32,000 nucleotides of DNA from Candidatus Saccharimonadota bacterium (GCA_016700015.1 CP064995.1:570001-602000); one strand, 5' to 3'. Shown: positions 8,725 to 17,874, counted from the first letter of the stretch. Notes: generated from the letters alone by a model not told the origin. Program-made: numbers and translations.

Positions 8725-9747
8725 CTATTTATTGACTGGCTGCACCAGCTCAATCAGTGCGCTGGCAACGGTAGTGGGATTGTGACGAATCAATGAGCGT
8801 ACAACCGGCAAATGCGTGTCCTCCCTGTTATAGCGAGCAATTTGACCCAAAAAGTTACCACCGATCGCTTGGTACGGCTGCGCTAATAGCTGGGCTTCAT
8901 CAACCTCAACCAAATAGTCATTCTCTGCCTTGTAGCGTTCCAGTATTCGTCTCGATGGTATCTGATTATTGTAGATAACCCCGTCGAGGAAGCTGCCGCC
9001 GCCGAAACGTTCGATTTCTTTAGCATGATCACTCACGGTAAACCCATTGGTTTGACCGTCTTTAGTCACAAGATTACAAACGTATACTACCTTCGCGCGA
9101 GTCCGCCGCAGAGCATCACCAATACCATCAATGATTAGTAGCGGCCCGAGTGAGGTGTAGAGGTCACCTGGTGCAATTACTACCAGATCCGCTTGGTCGA
9201 TAGCCTAAATTGCTAGAGGGTTTACCGCCGCAGCCGGCTCAAGACTAAGGCGCGCTTTGCGAGGATCGTTTTTGAAATGATCGGAGTCAATCACCCGCTC
9301 ACCATGCAGCGTCACGCTACCTTTTGACCAAGTCATCTTTAGGCGCACATTGTCGTAGGTCACCGGTATCACCGTGCCATTAACCCGCAGCACTTCGCTA
9401 GCGGTTTCGATTGCTTCCCCAAAACTGCCCGTCGACTTTTCGAGAGCAGTCAAAAATAAGTTGCCAAACGAATGGCCTTCAAATGTGCCCTCGCTAAAAC
9501 GATAGTTAAAGAGGTCGCGGATTTTTGGCGAATCACTAAGTGCAACCAAGCACTGGCGTACGTCGCCAGGTGGCAACACACCTAGTTCATCACGGAGCAC
9601 CCCAGTGCTACCACCATCATCTGCCATAGTAACGATTGCAGCAATTTTAGAGGTATGGTTTTTTAGAGCAGAAAGCAGCGTAAAACTTCCCGTGCCTCCA
9701 CCGATCACAGCAATCTTTAGCTCATCATCGCCAAAAGGTGATTCCAT
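8725..9747 (-). pseudogene. YvcK/CofD-family (UPF0052, gluconeogenesis factor-like) gene interrupted by one in-frame TAG
   Basis: Track ORFs 9205..9747 and 8725..9069 are in the same frame (9207-9069=138). Reading through TAG at 9205..9207 gives ...VNPLAI*AIDQADLVVIAPGDLYTSLGPLLIIDGIGDALRRTRAKVVYVCNLVTKDGQTNGFTVSDH... This is colinear with YvcK: N-terminal IGGGTGSFTLLSALK and VTMADDGGSTG, C-terminal GPGSLYTS-like and CN..T..G.T motifs. A strong AAGGAG SD precedes the ATG. Confidence 0.8.
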
Positions 9748-9748
9748 A

Positions 9749-11005
9749 CTAACTCCTTAGCTTTTTTAGTATCTTTGCATACCAAACAGCGCTCGGTCGT
9801 ACCGTCCGCTTTAGTGTGTGGTAGTCGACTTCCGCCAGACCATAGCGCGGCCAAAAACCACGATCCAATTCAAACTGATCAGTCAGAGCATAGACCATAT
9901 ACCCAATCACCTGCACGCCATCGCGCAGCGCCGCCTGCATCGCAACAACAGTTTGTGTCAACCACCACTTACGGTACTGATCTTGGTGATCGGCCACACC
10001 GCTTGCCGTCACCATGATTGGCAAATGGTATGCATCGTGCACTTGCTGGAGAACATGTCGTAACTTGTCGGGATCCATTTGCGCATCAACATCGCTCATG
10101 CGCTCATTAGGATTATGAACCCGGTAACCGTAGACACGCTGGCTACCCTTGTAGTTTATCCCTATAAAATCACTCGATTTCACCACACGGCGTAATATGT
10201 GAGTGTTTTGTTTGAAATGCAGTATATCCGCGCTCCGCTCACTGAGCCAGGCGTCATCACCAGGGTAAATATAGTCATAATTCTTAGCAATTCCCACCTT
10301 AAAACGCCGATTCTCAGCGTGTATTAGCTCCGCCGCCTTTCGATGAGCATATAGCAGATTGCCAAGCACCATATATCCCCGTCGACTACTCATTACCTGT
10401 GGTGGCCACTTGCCCCGGATATAGCTCATATCAACATAGGTCTGCGGTTCGTTCATTGTGATGATATAGCGCATACCACCGCCCAGTTCTTGCATGATAT
10501 ACTGCACATATTCCGTAAAATAACGCACGTTCGCTCGCTTTTCAAAGCCACCTTTAGCCGCAAACCACACTGGCAACGTATAGTGAAATAGTGTAATAAC
10601 CGGTTCGATACCATTTTGTTTCATTGCCACCAACTGTTGTCGGTAATGGCTTATCGCCTCAGGGTCCCATGCTCCCTCTTCTGGCTGTACCCTTGACCAT
10701 TCAATCCCTATACGCAGCGCATTCAAATTCATCACTCGCGCTAGCGCACAATCCTGCTCAAAAAGATTATACCCGCCCGCAGCGCGTCCAGAGGTATAAT
10801 TCGCGGGAGCCTTCGCCAACGACTTTATCTTTGGCCATACCGGTAAATCATCGTACTGGTACGAGCTCTGGGCAGCAAGCGCTTTGGCATTTTCAAGCTC
10901 CCACACCGTCCATTGATTGTGACAACTCCCCTCATACTGATGAGGGCTTGTCGCCGCTCCCCATAGAAAATGTTTAGTAAATCCGTGCGCTGGTCGATTA
11001 GGCAT
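9749..11005 (-). CDS. Glycoside hydrolase family 1 (beta-glucosidase-like) protein with an atypical nucleophile motif
   Basis: 418 aa. GH1 signatures are FLWGAATSPHQYEG, NALRIGIEWSRVQP, TLFHYTLP, ITMNEPQ (acid/base Glu186) and GYMVYALTDQFELDRGFWPRYGL. The ITENG position reads VTASG. Confidence 0.85.
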   Translation of the reverse strand: MPNRPAHGFTKHFLWGAATSPHQYEGSCHNQWTVWELENAKALAAQSSYQYDDLPVWPKIKSLAKAPANYTSGRAAGGYNLFEQDCALARVMNLNALRIGIEWSRVQPEEGAWDPEAISHYRQQLVAMKQNGIEPVITLFHYTLPVWFAAKGGFEKRANVRYFTEYVQYIMQELGGGMRYIITMNEPQTYVDMSYIRGKWPPQVMSSRRGYMVLGNLLYAHRKAAELIHAENRRFKVGIAKNYDYIYPGDDAWLSERSADILHFKQNTHILRRVVKSSDFIGINYKGSQRVYGYRVHNPNERMSDVDAQMDPDKLRHVLQQVHDAYHLPIMVTASGVADHQDQYRKWWLTQTVVAMQAALRDGVQVIGYMVYALTDQFELDRGFWPRYGLAEVDYHTLKRTVRPSAVWYAKILKKLRS

Positions 11006-11034
11006 ATAGCGCTATTATATCAGTAAGCTGTCGG

Positions 11035-12033
11035 CTAAGCACCGGGGGCCGCGCTTGATTCAGAAGTGGTACCGCGGAGCTCTTTTTTGCCTTTTACTTC
11101 ATAGCGAATGCCCGTCATATCACTAGTGATATAATCGTCATTGAGTAAATTGACAAACTTCGCGGTGTCTTTGGCATCCATCAGTATGATAGCCCCCGCT
11201 GCATCATCAGTCATAAGCTCAAGTCCCATCGTATCAGCATGGTCAACCACTTGGTCTTGCGTCACATTCCCCACTTCGACTTTTTGCAGCTTGCTTACCA
11301 GGCTTGGCGTGTCACGTACCAACGCATCAAACGTCAACCCTTCGGGGAATTTCAGTTTAAAATGTTCCTCAATTTCCTTAATTTTTTCCTCGGCCACCGC
11401 AAATTTTTTGGCATCATATCCAAACATGCGTACAAATTTCACTTCGCTAAAGGCAAAAATATCACTCCCCGCCACTAGCACTTGGTTGTCCGGTGTAATA
11501 CGCAACCCGGCATCGGCACTAAACGGCTGAAATGAGTCACCGTTATACATCCAAGCAGTGGCGCCTTTAAGCACCTGTGATTGCGGTAGGAGCTTTGCAA
11601 TAAAGAATGGTTCGGCACCAGCTTTTTTAAACCGCGCTATAATGCCTTTTACTTTTTTGAACTCGTGGTCACCTTCGCGAAACACTTCGAGCCCTTCTTC
11701 GCCGTACAGTATCTGCTCTATCACTTCTTGGGCATGCTCTACCTTTTCTAGCTCGGTACGCTCCAGCACATTATCCTCGGCAGCCGCCGCTTCAAAATCA
11801 CGTACTAGCATGCCAGTCGCAGCACCGGTTTGTACTGTACTGATCATGTCGTAGAGAAACAGTACTTTTAGTTGAGCCTTTAGTTCTTTGGCATAATTGG
11901 TGGCGTATACAGTGTAGCCTTTTGTAAACAAATATAAGTCGATGTCGAGTTGGTCTTTATCTTTGTCGGCCATATTTGCCCAGTGAAAAATATCGGTTGG
12001 GGCTGTTTGGGGTTTTGCTGTAGTTTCTGTCAT
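11035..12033 (-). CDS. Hypothetical protein, possibly DUF4868/KwaB-like (Kiwa component B)
   Basis: The 332-aa ORF is clear. The family call comes only from my recollection of DUF4868 architecture: a central block ITPDNQVLVAGSDIFAFSEVKFVRMFGYD and a C-terminal LLNDDYITSDMTGIRYEVKGKK. No membrane partner gene is adjacent. Confidence 0.4.
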   Translation of the reverse strand: MTETTAKPQTAPTDIFHWANMADKDKDQLDIDLYLFTKGYTVYATNYAKELKAQLKVLFLYDMISTVQTGAATGMLVRDFEAAAAEDNVLERTELEKVEHAQEVIEQILYGEEGLEVFREGDHEFKKVKGIIARFKKAGAEPFFIAKLLPQSQVLKGATAWMYNGDSFQPFSADAGLRITPDNQVLVAGSDIFAFSEVKFVRMFGYDAKKFAVAEEKIKEIEEHFKLKFPEGLTFDALVRDTPSLVSKLQKVEVGNVTQDQVVDHADTMGLELMTDDAAGAIILMDAKDTAKFVNLLNDDYITSDMTGIRYEVKGKKELRGTTSESSAAPGA

Positions 12034-12314
12034 GCGTACCAGTGTACTACCTGTATACGGGCAAGCGCAAACCTAAAAGAGTCGTACAAATACTTACCAA
12101 TTGACAGTCATTATTGTTTGTTATACAAAAATGGTTGCAGTTTTCATAGCCTTATGTTATAGTCTACTTGTGTTTTGTCATCATTGTGTCATTGATATTA
12201 TTGTTTATATATTTAATTTGTGTTGTTGTATGGTTTGCAGCATGATAAATAGTATTGAATAGTAACTATAAACCGCACATTGTACTAGTAGGTTTTTATT
12301 GTAGAACTACCATT

Positions 12315-13844
12315 TTATATCTGTACTATATCTTCGCCATAATGCTTTTGAAGTCGCATCACTACACTATTTTCGTGACGACCAAGTAGTTTGCTCAACT
12401 TTTTAACAGAAGCACCGTTGGTAAACTCAAGCTTAAGGGTCGCATCATCACTCACTGTCCATGGACGATAAGCATTGGGGTAGGTCTCGCGCATTTTCGC
12501 GATTTTTTCGGCCCAGCCACTGCTTGTCTTCGGTTTCTTTTTTACCAGTGGGTCAGTACTACGTTTGGCAGCGGCTGTTTTTAGGTGTGAGAACCGCTTC
12601 GCATCACTAAGCGCGCTACTACGCAACTGTACATCTATTTCAGCCGCCTCAGGACTGACCTGAAGCGCCATCCGGTTTATGCCGACTAAATATAGGTGGT
12701 CGATCGATTTCACACGGCTGAGTGCCACATAGCCCATGCCTTCAACAAATGCCTTGCGCAGGTCCATGCGCGCTGCGTCGAGCGTCATACCCTGGCTTTT
12801 GTGTACGGTAATCGCCCAGGCTAGTCGGAGTGGTATCTGGCTAATACTCGCCCGCTTTTTGTCACCGTCGCGCAGCTCCCATGTATCTGGTTGCATTGTC
12901 ACAGTTTTACCGTTTATAAAATCAACAACTGGATAGTCAGTTCCGGGCTCAAAGTCGACTACCGTACCAATACTGCCATTGACGTAGCGACGAGCGGTGT
13001 CGTTTTTTACTGCCATTACCAGCGCGCCTTGCTTTAGTGTTAGGGTGCTCGGTGCTAGCACGCTACGCTGCAAATTCTCAACATAGTTTGCGCTTCCTGT
13101 TGTGTGACACTCGTATATCACCTCGTCACCTGGCAGCTGGGCTAATCGCAGCTGATTGATACGATCAACATCAACATTCACAGTGTGCAGCTCGGTAAGC
13201 TGCGTATCGTCAGCTAGGGGTATTTCTGTGCGCGCCAGCAGCGCTTCGGCGTGGTGCCGCCGTAAATCGCCCGCCCTTAGCGCGGTCAATATACTATGAA
13301 GTGTATCACCATCTGTCTGACGGAACTGTTCATCGAGGTAAATAACAACTGGATCAAGCTCGTTCCAAACCTTACTGCCGACGACAAATCCGCCGGTGCG
13401 CGACCCTTCGCGGTTGATGGGCGGCAGCTGGAAAAAATCACCACTCATCACAAGCTGTATACCGCCAAACGGCTCGTCTTTGCGTCGCACCAGTCGACAA
13501 ACATCGTCTACCATATCGAGCCGAAAGTCATGCAGCATACTAATCTCATCGATAATCAGCACGTCAGTTTTTTCTATAATTTCCCGCCGCCCCTTCGATA
13601 ACTGGTCGAGAAAATGCGCTGGTAATTCGTCGTGCACCCCTATCCCGGCCCAGGCATGGATCGTGCTTCCGCCTAGATGGGTCGCAGCAAGTCCCGTTGT
13701 AGCAGTTACACTGACGTGCTTGCCCTCGTATTTACTTAGCCGAATAAACTGATTGAGCAGAAATGTCTTACCGGTACCGGCAGGGCCAGTTAAAAGGGCG
13801 CTTTCGCCCGACAGCAACACCTCGAGTGCTAACCCCTGATTCAT
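12315..13844 (-). CDS. Pif1/RecD-like SF1B DNA helicase with a C-terminal HTH-like extension
   Basis: 509 aa with Walker A LTGPAGTGKTFLL, TATTGLAATHLGGSTIH, Walker B LIIDEISML, FGGIQLVMSGDFFQLPPI and ITVHKSQGMTLD. This is the Pif1-family motif set. The extra C-terminal roughly 90 aa is basic and HTH-like. Confidence 0.87.
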   Translation of the reverse strand: MNQGLALEVLLSGESALLTGPAGTGKTFLLNQFIRLSKYEGKHVSVTATTGLAATHLGGSTIHAWAGIGVHDELPAHFLDQLSKGRREIIEKTDVLIIDEISMLHDFRLDMVDDVCRLVRRKDEPFGGIQLVMSGDFFQLPPINREGSRTGGFVVGSKVWNELDPVVIYLDEQFRQTDGDTLHSILTALRAGDLRRHHAEALLARTEIPLADDTQLTELHTVNVDVDRINQLRLAQLPGDEVIYECHTTGSANYVENLQRSVLAPSTLTLKQGALVMAVKNDTARRYVNGSIGTVVDFEPGTDYPVVDFINGKTVTMQPDTWELRDGDKKRASISQIPLRLAWAITVHKSQGMTLDAARMDLRKAFVEGMGYVALSRVKSIDHLYLVGINRMALQVSPEAAEIDVQLRSSALSDAKRFSHLKTAAAKRSTDPLVKKKPKTSSGWAEKIAKMRETYPNAYRPWTVSDDATLKLEFTNGASVKKLSKLLGRHENSVVMRLQKHYGEDIVQI

Positions 13845-13900
13845 CTTCCTAGTATAGCGGTGCCTGGGTGCTGTGTCTGTTGTACAATTTATATTCAGTC

Positions 13901-13948
13901 ATAGAAAAACTCCTTTCGTCTATCCACGTACAGCAAGACGAAAGGAGT
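13901..13948 (-). terminator. Intrinsic terminator after the rnhA operon
   Basis: Perfect 12-bp stem ACTCCTTTCGTC (13909..13920) / GACGAAAGGAGT (13937..13948) with a 16-nt loop. On the minus strand TTTTTCTAT follows. Confidence 0.5.
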
Positions 13949-14013
13949 ATGTATACGAATTGTTCATACCTAGTGTATCAAATATGTATTCAGGTTGCAA
14001 GGCGCGAGAGGCG

Positions 14014-14649
14014 CTAGGCAACACCTTGGTAATCAATCCCGCGCGCACTCACAGCGTCCCTGCGAAACTGCTCTATCCTACTAAGTAGTATATCGATATC
14101 GGCCGCTGTCAGTAGCTCATGTTCAGTACTTCGAAATGAACGTGGGTCCTTCCATTCATTCTTGTCTTCATCAAATTCTAACTCTTCAGTAACTTCAAGC
14201 AATAAATCATCCCTATATCCCCTTGTTAGGGCTTCGGCATGCACCGTCGTGGGACTCATAATTTCGGCTTTCAACACCTGTGCATCTACCACCTCTGTAT
14301 TCCACTGTAGTCGATACATTCTACGTTCGGTATAATACAGTGTCTTTTCAGGCCGTATTAACCACGATTCAGTCTCTAGTACAACGAGTTTCTTAGCCGT
14401 ATCGCCTACATAGCGCACAAGTGCCGCATAGTTGCGGTCGTGTTCAATATGTGTGCGTAATCTACGGTCAGGTGCACTCCACTCGGTTAGGCCACCTGGC
14501 AGCAAAAAAGCTTTGCCAGGAAAACGCGTCGTCACCTTCGCATCACCGCCCAGGCAGCGTACCGTATCATACAAAAGCTCAACACAATCCTCACCCTGTT
14601 CGGCGGCTGGCGCATCCCACCCTACGAGATGTTCACTAAAAAGCCCCAT
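14014..14649 (-). CDS. Hypothetical protein (211 aa), translationally coupled to rnhA
   Basis: The track ORF extends to 14691, but the ATG at 14649 forms TAATG with the rnhA stop and gives MGLFSEHLVGWDAP... I recognise no motif. The C-terminal half is acidic (EELEFDEDKNEWKD). Confidence 0.65.
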   Translation of the reverse strand: MGLFSEHLVGWDAPAAEQGEDCVELLYDTVRCLGGDAKVTTRFPGKAFLLPGGLTEWSAPDRRLRTHIEHDRNYAALVRYVGDTAKKLVVLETESWLIRPEKTLYYTERRMYRLQWNTEVVDAQVLKAEIMSPTTVHAEALTRGYRDDLLLEVTEELEFDEDKNEWKDPRSFRSTEHELLTAADIDILLSRIEQFRRDAVSARGIDYQGVA

Positions 14650-15086
14650 TAATCCTCTAGTCTCATGCCTTCCCGTGCTTTGTTGGCCCATTCGTCGGCA
14701 AGTTCATTACCCTCGTGTCCTACATGTCCCCTGACCCACACAAGTTCCGCGTTGCTTTTCCCATATAGCTCGTACGCCTCCCGCACCAGGTCCAGATTTT
14801 TAATCTCACCGCCTTTTTTTGTCCAACCGCGCGCCTCCCATCCAGGTGCCCACTTCGTGATGACATTGATCCAGAATTCGCTGTCGGTATAGATACTACA
14901 AGCCCCACCAGATGCAATAGACATTGCAGCTATCAGTGCTCGTCCCTCCATACGAATATTGGTCGTATCGCCATCCTCGCTACCAAGCACTACCGGCCTG
15001 CCGTCTTCAATCACCGCAAATCCGCCAGGCCCAGGGTTTGGACTCGCGCTGCCATCAGTATGGAAAATTCTCATATCGTCTATCAT
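14649..15086 (-). CDS. rnhA: Ribonuclease HI
   Basis: RNase H1 motifs are HTDGSASPNPGPGGFAVI, TNIRMEGRALIAAM, IYTDSEF and WVRGHVGHEGNELADEWA (the DEDD catalytic pattern). The true start may be the second ATG at 15074 (MRIFHTDGS). Confidence 0.9.
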   Translation of the reverse strand: MIDDMRIFHTDGSASPNPGPGGFAVIEDGRPVVLGSEDGDTTNIRMEGRALIAAMSIASGGACSIYTDSEFWINVITKWAPGWEARGWTKKGGEIKNLDLVREAYELYGKSNAELVWVRGHVGHEGNELADEWANKAREGMRLED

Positions 15087-15101
15087 ACCCTCTCGCCCAC
15101 C

Positions 15102-15136
15102 AAAAACAAAGCCCGAGCAGTGTACCCCGGGCTTTG
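15102..15136 (-). terminator. Intrinsic terminator after the excalibur-domain gene
   Basis: 9-bp GC-rich stem CAAAGCCCG (15107..15115) / CGGGCTTTG (15128..15136). On the minus strand TTTTT follows. Confidence 0.65.
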
Positions 15137-15157
15137 CTGATTATTTGTAGTCTAATG

Positions 15158-15763
15158 TTATTTTTCGCAAGCGATGCCGTCGTTATCACGATCAAGCCGT
15201 CGCTCGTAGCTTGGATCATTACGTTTGATATCAAACACGCCAGCGTCAAATGCTTCAGTACAGTTTTCAAAGTGACGACCACTGGTTGCGTTGCTTGTTG
15301 ATTGTTTAGCAATCTTTTCTTTTGATACCTGGTTTGCTTCAGCTGCCGGGTCAGTGTTAACGACACTTGATTCACCATCGGCTTGAGCTTTCACGCTCGC
15401 ATAGGGTGATCCGTCGGTAATTGGCGTTTGGTTAGCCACCCAGCCAAATCCACCAAGCCATGCAGCAATCACCGCCACGAGTACAGGCATGAGCGGGCTT
15501 TTTTTGAAACCTTCTGGGTCTTTAGCATACCATACAGCAGCAAAAACAATCGGGATGATTGGTAGCGCCACCAGATACAAAAGCACAGCGATGACTGATC
15601 GTTTTGTTTTACCCCATGGCTGGTAGCGGTAGCGCACTCCAGGGAATCGTGATAGTATCCAGACAGCCCAACCCGGGCCGGTGATGCGTTCGGGCTGACC
15701 GGCCTCAATCGCTTCTTGATTTGCTTGCTTTGCCGTTATCCGGCGTACTTTCGTTTGTGGCAT
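15158..15763 (-). CDS. Membrane protein with a C-terminal excalibur calcium-binding domain
   Basis: 201 aa with TM helices in the N-terminal half. The C-terminus NCTEAFDAGVFDIKRNDPSYERRLDRDNDGIACEK matches the excalibur DxDxDGxxCE motif. AAGGAG SD is present. Confidence 0.8.
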   Translation of the reverse strand: MPQTKVRRITAKQANQEAIEAGQPERITGPGWAVWILSRFPGVRYRYQPWGKTKRSVIAVLLYLVALPIIPIVFAAVWYAKDPEGFKKSPLMPVLVAVIAAWLGGFGWVANQTPITDGSPYASVKAQADGESSVVNTDPAAEANQVSKEKIAKQSTSNATSGRHFENCTEAFDAGVFDIKRNDPSYERRLDRDNDGIACEK

Positions 15764-15797
15764 ACTCGCTTATCTCCTTTTACTTACTATTATCTTC

Positions 15798-16406
15798 CTA
15801 CCTCGACTGAAGCGCGTCAAGGGCCACACTCATGGCCGCAAGTACCCGCCAATCAACACGCGCCCATAGCTCGTCATCAGTCTGTAACACGTAGTGGTCA
15901 CGAAAAAGAGTGGTTTTTGTATATGAACCGACTTGTTTACCTGTTTGTGCATCGAGAAACACAAAATGATACTTCATAAACATCACGACAAGTTCTACTA
16001 GTGTACCCAGTAGTGGTATTTCGCCACCAAACCGCCGTAGAATTGCGAGTACTTGGTTGCTCTCCTTTACAATCACCTGCTCGTTTCCGCTCGCATCGAG
16101 TATTTTCCAAGTGCTGCTGACAATCGATTGCATAAACTCTTTTTTGAACATACCAACCAGCTTGCCACTCGCGTCTTCTACAAAGTAGCGACCATGGACA
16201 TCAAGCACCTTCTCGGCACGAAACGTAAAAGATAGACGGTCGCGTTTTTCGTCCGTATAGAACATCACTTTTTCTTTCATCGCAAGGCGTTTCTGTTGCG
16301 CCATTCCTATAAGTGTCCTGGCAGTACCATCTTCGTTCGCCTGCATGACATTATATTTATTGACAAATGCAGTAATCTTTTGCTGTATCACAAGTCGCGG
16401 CTTCAT
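15798..16406 (-). CDS. LURP-one-related/scramblase-like (tubby C-terminal-like fold) protein
   Basis: 202 aa. The pattern VIQQKITAFVNKYNV...repeated beta-hairpin-like segments...C-terminal hydrophobic helix LAAMSVALDAL resembles the LOR/scramblase family. Assigned by eye only. Confidence 0.5.
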   Translation of the reverse strand: MKPRLVIQQKITAFVNKYNVMQANEDGTARTLIGMAQQKRLAMKEKVMFYTDEKRDRLSFTFRAEKVLDVHGRYFVEDASGKLVGMFKKEFMQSIVSSTWKILDASGNEQVIVKESNQVLAILRRFGGEIPLLGTLVELVVMFMKYHFVFLDAQTGKQVGSYTKTTLFRDHYVLQTDDELWARVDWRVLAAMSVALDALQSR

Positions 16407-16440
16407 CCATGTTCTCCTTATGTCACTATAGTAGCACGGC

Positions 16441-17250
16441 CTATAGCCAATCTTCTAGGCGTTCGGTATGCAGCCCCGAGGCCTGCATTGCAGTGACAAA
16501 TGCGTCGATATCTGCCTTGAAGTCGGGCCGAAAATGCATGATTACTATATCGCCCGGCTTAAGACTCGAGCCTTCTTGATACTGTACCGCTCCACCATCC
16601 ACCTTCGCCCTCCAGCTGACAACAGCACGCATTCCACAGTCTGCCGCTAGTGACTGCATGAGCGGACTTGAGGCGCCGCCAGGGGCACGATAGAGCTGCG
16701 GCCTCTTACCATATTCGCGCTCTATGATCGTCGACATGCCACAAATCTCGTTCCATACGTACGAGCCTTGTGCTCGAAATAGTCGCAAATCATGGGACAC
16801 AGTATGATTTTCAATGATAAACCCTGCCTCAACATACGGCTTATAGTAATCATAGTGACCAGCAATAAACGCATCTGCCAAAAATAGCGATGCGATCAGA
16901 TGCCTCTGACGCATATAGAGCAAATAGTCCTCGCCCTTTGACGCACCGTCGTCAATTGTCAGAAAAACTACCGGCAGTTTTGTGTCGAGGCGCGAGATAA
17001 TAGGAGCAACACCGTTTACTATCGGCGGGACTACGACATCGTGTGCACGCAGGGACGCTCTATAGGTCGGTAGCTTTGTAGTCTTAGCTGGAGCACTGTG
17101 AGTCACGACGATTGGACTCGTGTCGATCACTCTACCCGACAGCAGCACTCCTATACTAATACCCACGAGCGTACTAACCGCTACAAGTGTACTCGTGTGA
17201 AGCAACTGACTCTGTCTTGCCTTCGACTGGAGTGATGATATATGGGACAT
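16441..17250 (-). CDS. Polysaccharide deacetylase (NodB-domain, CE4) with an N-terminal TM anchor
   Basis: 269 aa with NodB motif 1 VFLTIDDG, motif 2 ENHTVSHD and RAPGG. Confidence 0.85.
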   Translation of the reverse strand: MSHISSLQSKARQSQLLHTSTLVAVSTLVGISIGVLLSGRVIDTSPIVVTHSAPAKTTKLPTYRASLRAHDVVVPPIVNGVAPIISRLDTKLPVVFLTIDDGASKGEDYLLYMRQRHLIASLFLADAFIAGHYDYYKPYVEAGFIIENHTVSHDLRLFRAQGSYVWNEICGMSTIIEREYGKRPQLYRAPGGASSPLMQSLAADCGMRAVVSWRAKVDGGAVQYQEGSSLKPGDIVIMHFRPDFKADIDAFVTAMQASGLHTERLEDWL

Positions 17251-17268
17251 TTTTTATAGTATAACACC

Positions 17269-17874
17269 CTATTCACCTGTTTCAGTCTGGTAGGTGCTGG
17301 CAATTTCACGCATCCTTCCACTCAGAAGAAGCGCAAACATTATAACGCCAAATGTCGCCGAGTAGGCTGGATACAGCACGCCCGCCGTCGTCGCCTGAGA
17401 AACGAGGGCAGCAGCGAATATCAACACACTGCCACTGGCAGAACACGCCCAGCTCATCAATGATTCCTCCTCGGGGTCGCGCCACGCATGCAGAAGTGTT
17501 GGTATGTAAGCAATCGTATCTACGACTAACAACACGGTGAGCGAGAGTACCGGACTGAGTCCAAGAAGCAGCAGCCCTATGCCCATCGCCGCACCAATCA
17601 ATGCCAGAGTATCAAGTCGGGTCAATCGCCTACTTCCCTGTCGCCAGCCTACAACAACAATCGCCGCGCATCCTATTACTGACACCATCGACAATACTGC
17701 GCTCGCCACCTGGCCTTCGCGCACCGCAATATAGGTCATCGCCGACAACAGTACTGTCCATATTGCCCACGACACCAAGCGGGGTCGCGCACGGCCCTTA
17801 GTGACGTCACGCAAATACGGCAATGAACTAATTGATGAAAGTAGGAGCCCTGCCCCAAGAATAATTGCTACCAT
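17269..17874 (-). CDS. Multi-TM membrane protein of unknown function (PQ-loop-like N-terminus?)
   Basis: The track ORF runs to 17922. The ATG at 17874 (MVAIILGAG...) has a better purine-rich upstream element. Roughly 6 TM segments. Confidence 0.6.
   Translation of the reverse strand: MVAIILGAGLLLSSISSLPYLRDVTKGRARPRLVSWAIWTVLLSAMTYIAVREGQVASAVLSMVSVIGCAAIVVVGWRQGSRRLTRLDTLALIGAAMGIGLLLLGLSPVLSLTVLLVVDTIAYIPTLLHAWRDPEEESLMSWACSASGSVLIFAAALVSQATTAGVLYPAYSATFGVIMFALLLSGRMREIASTYQTETGE

Noticed and set aside
9205-9207. TAG reassigned as a sense codon (alternative genetic code)
   Set aside because: TAG terminates clearly complete genes in the same window, such as murG at 366..368 and GH1 at 9749..9751. 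The standard code 11 therefore applies.
13873-14088. 71-aa plus-strand ORF
   Set aside because: It overlaps the terminator hairpin and the 3' end of the 14014..14649 gene, and has no SD or motif.
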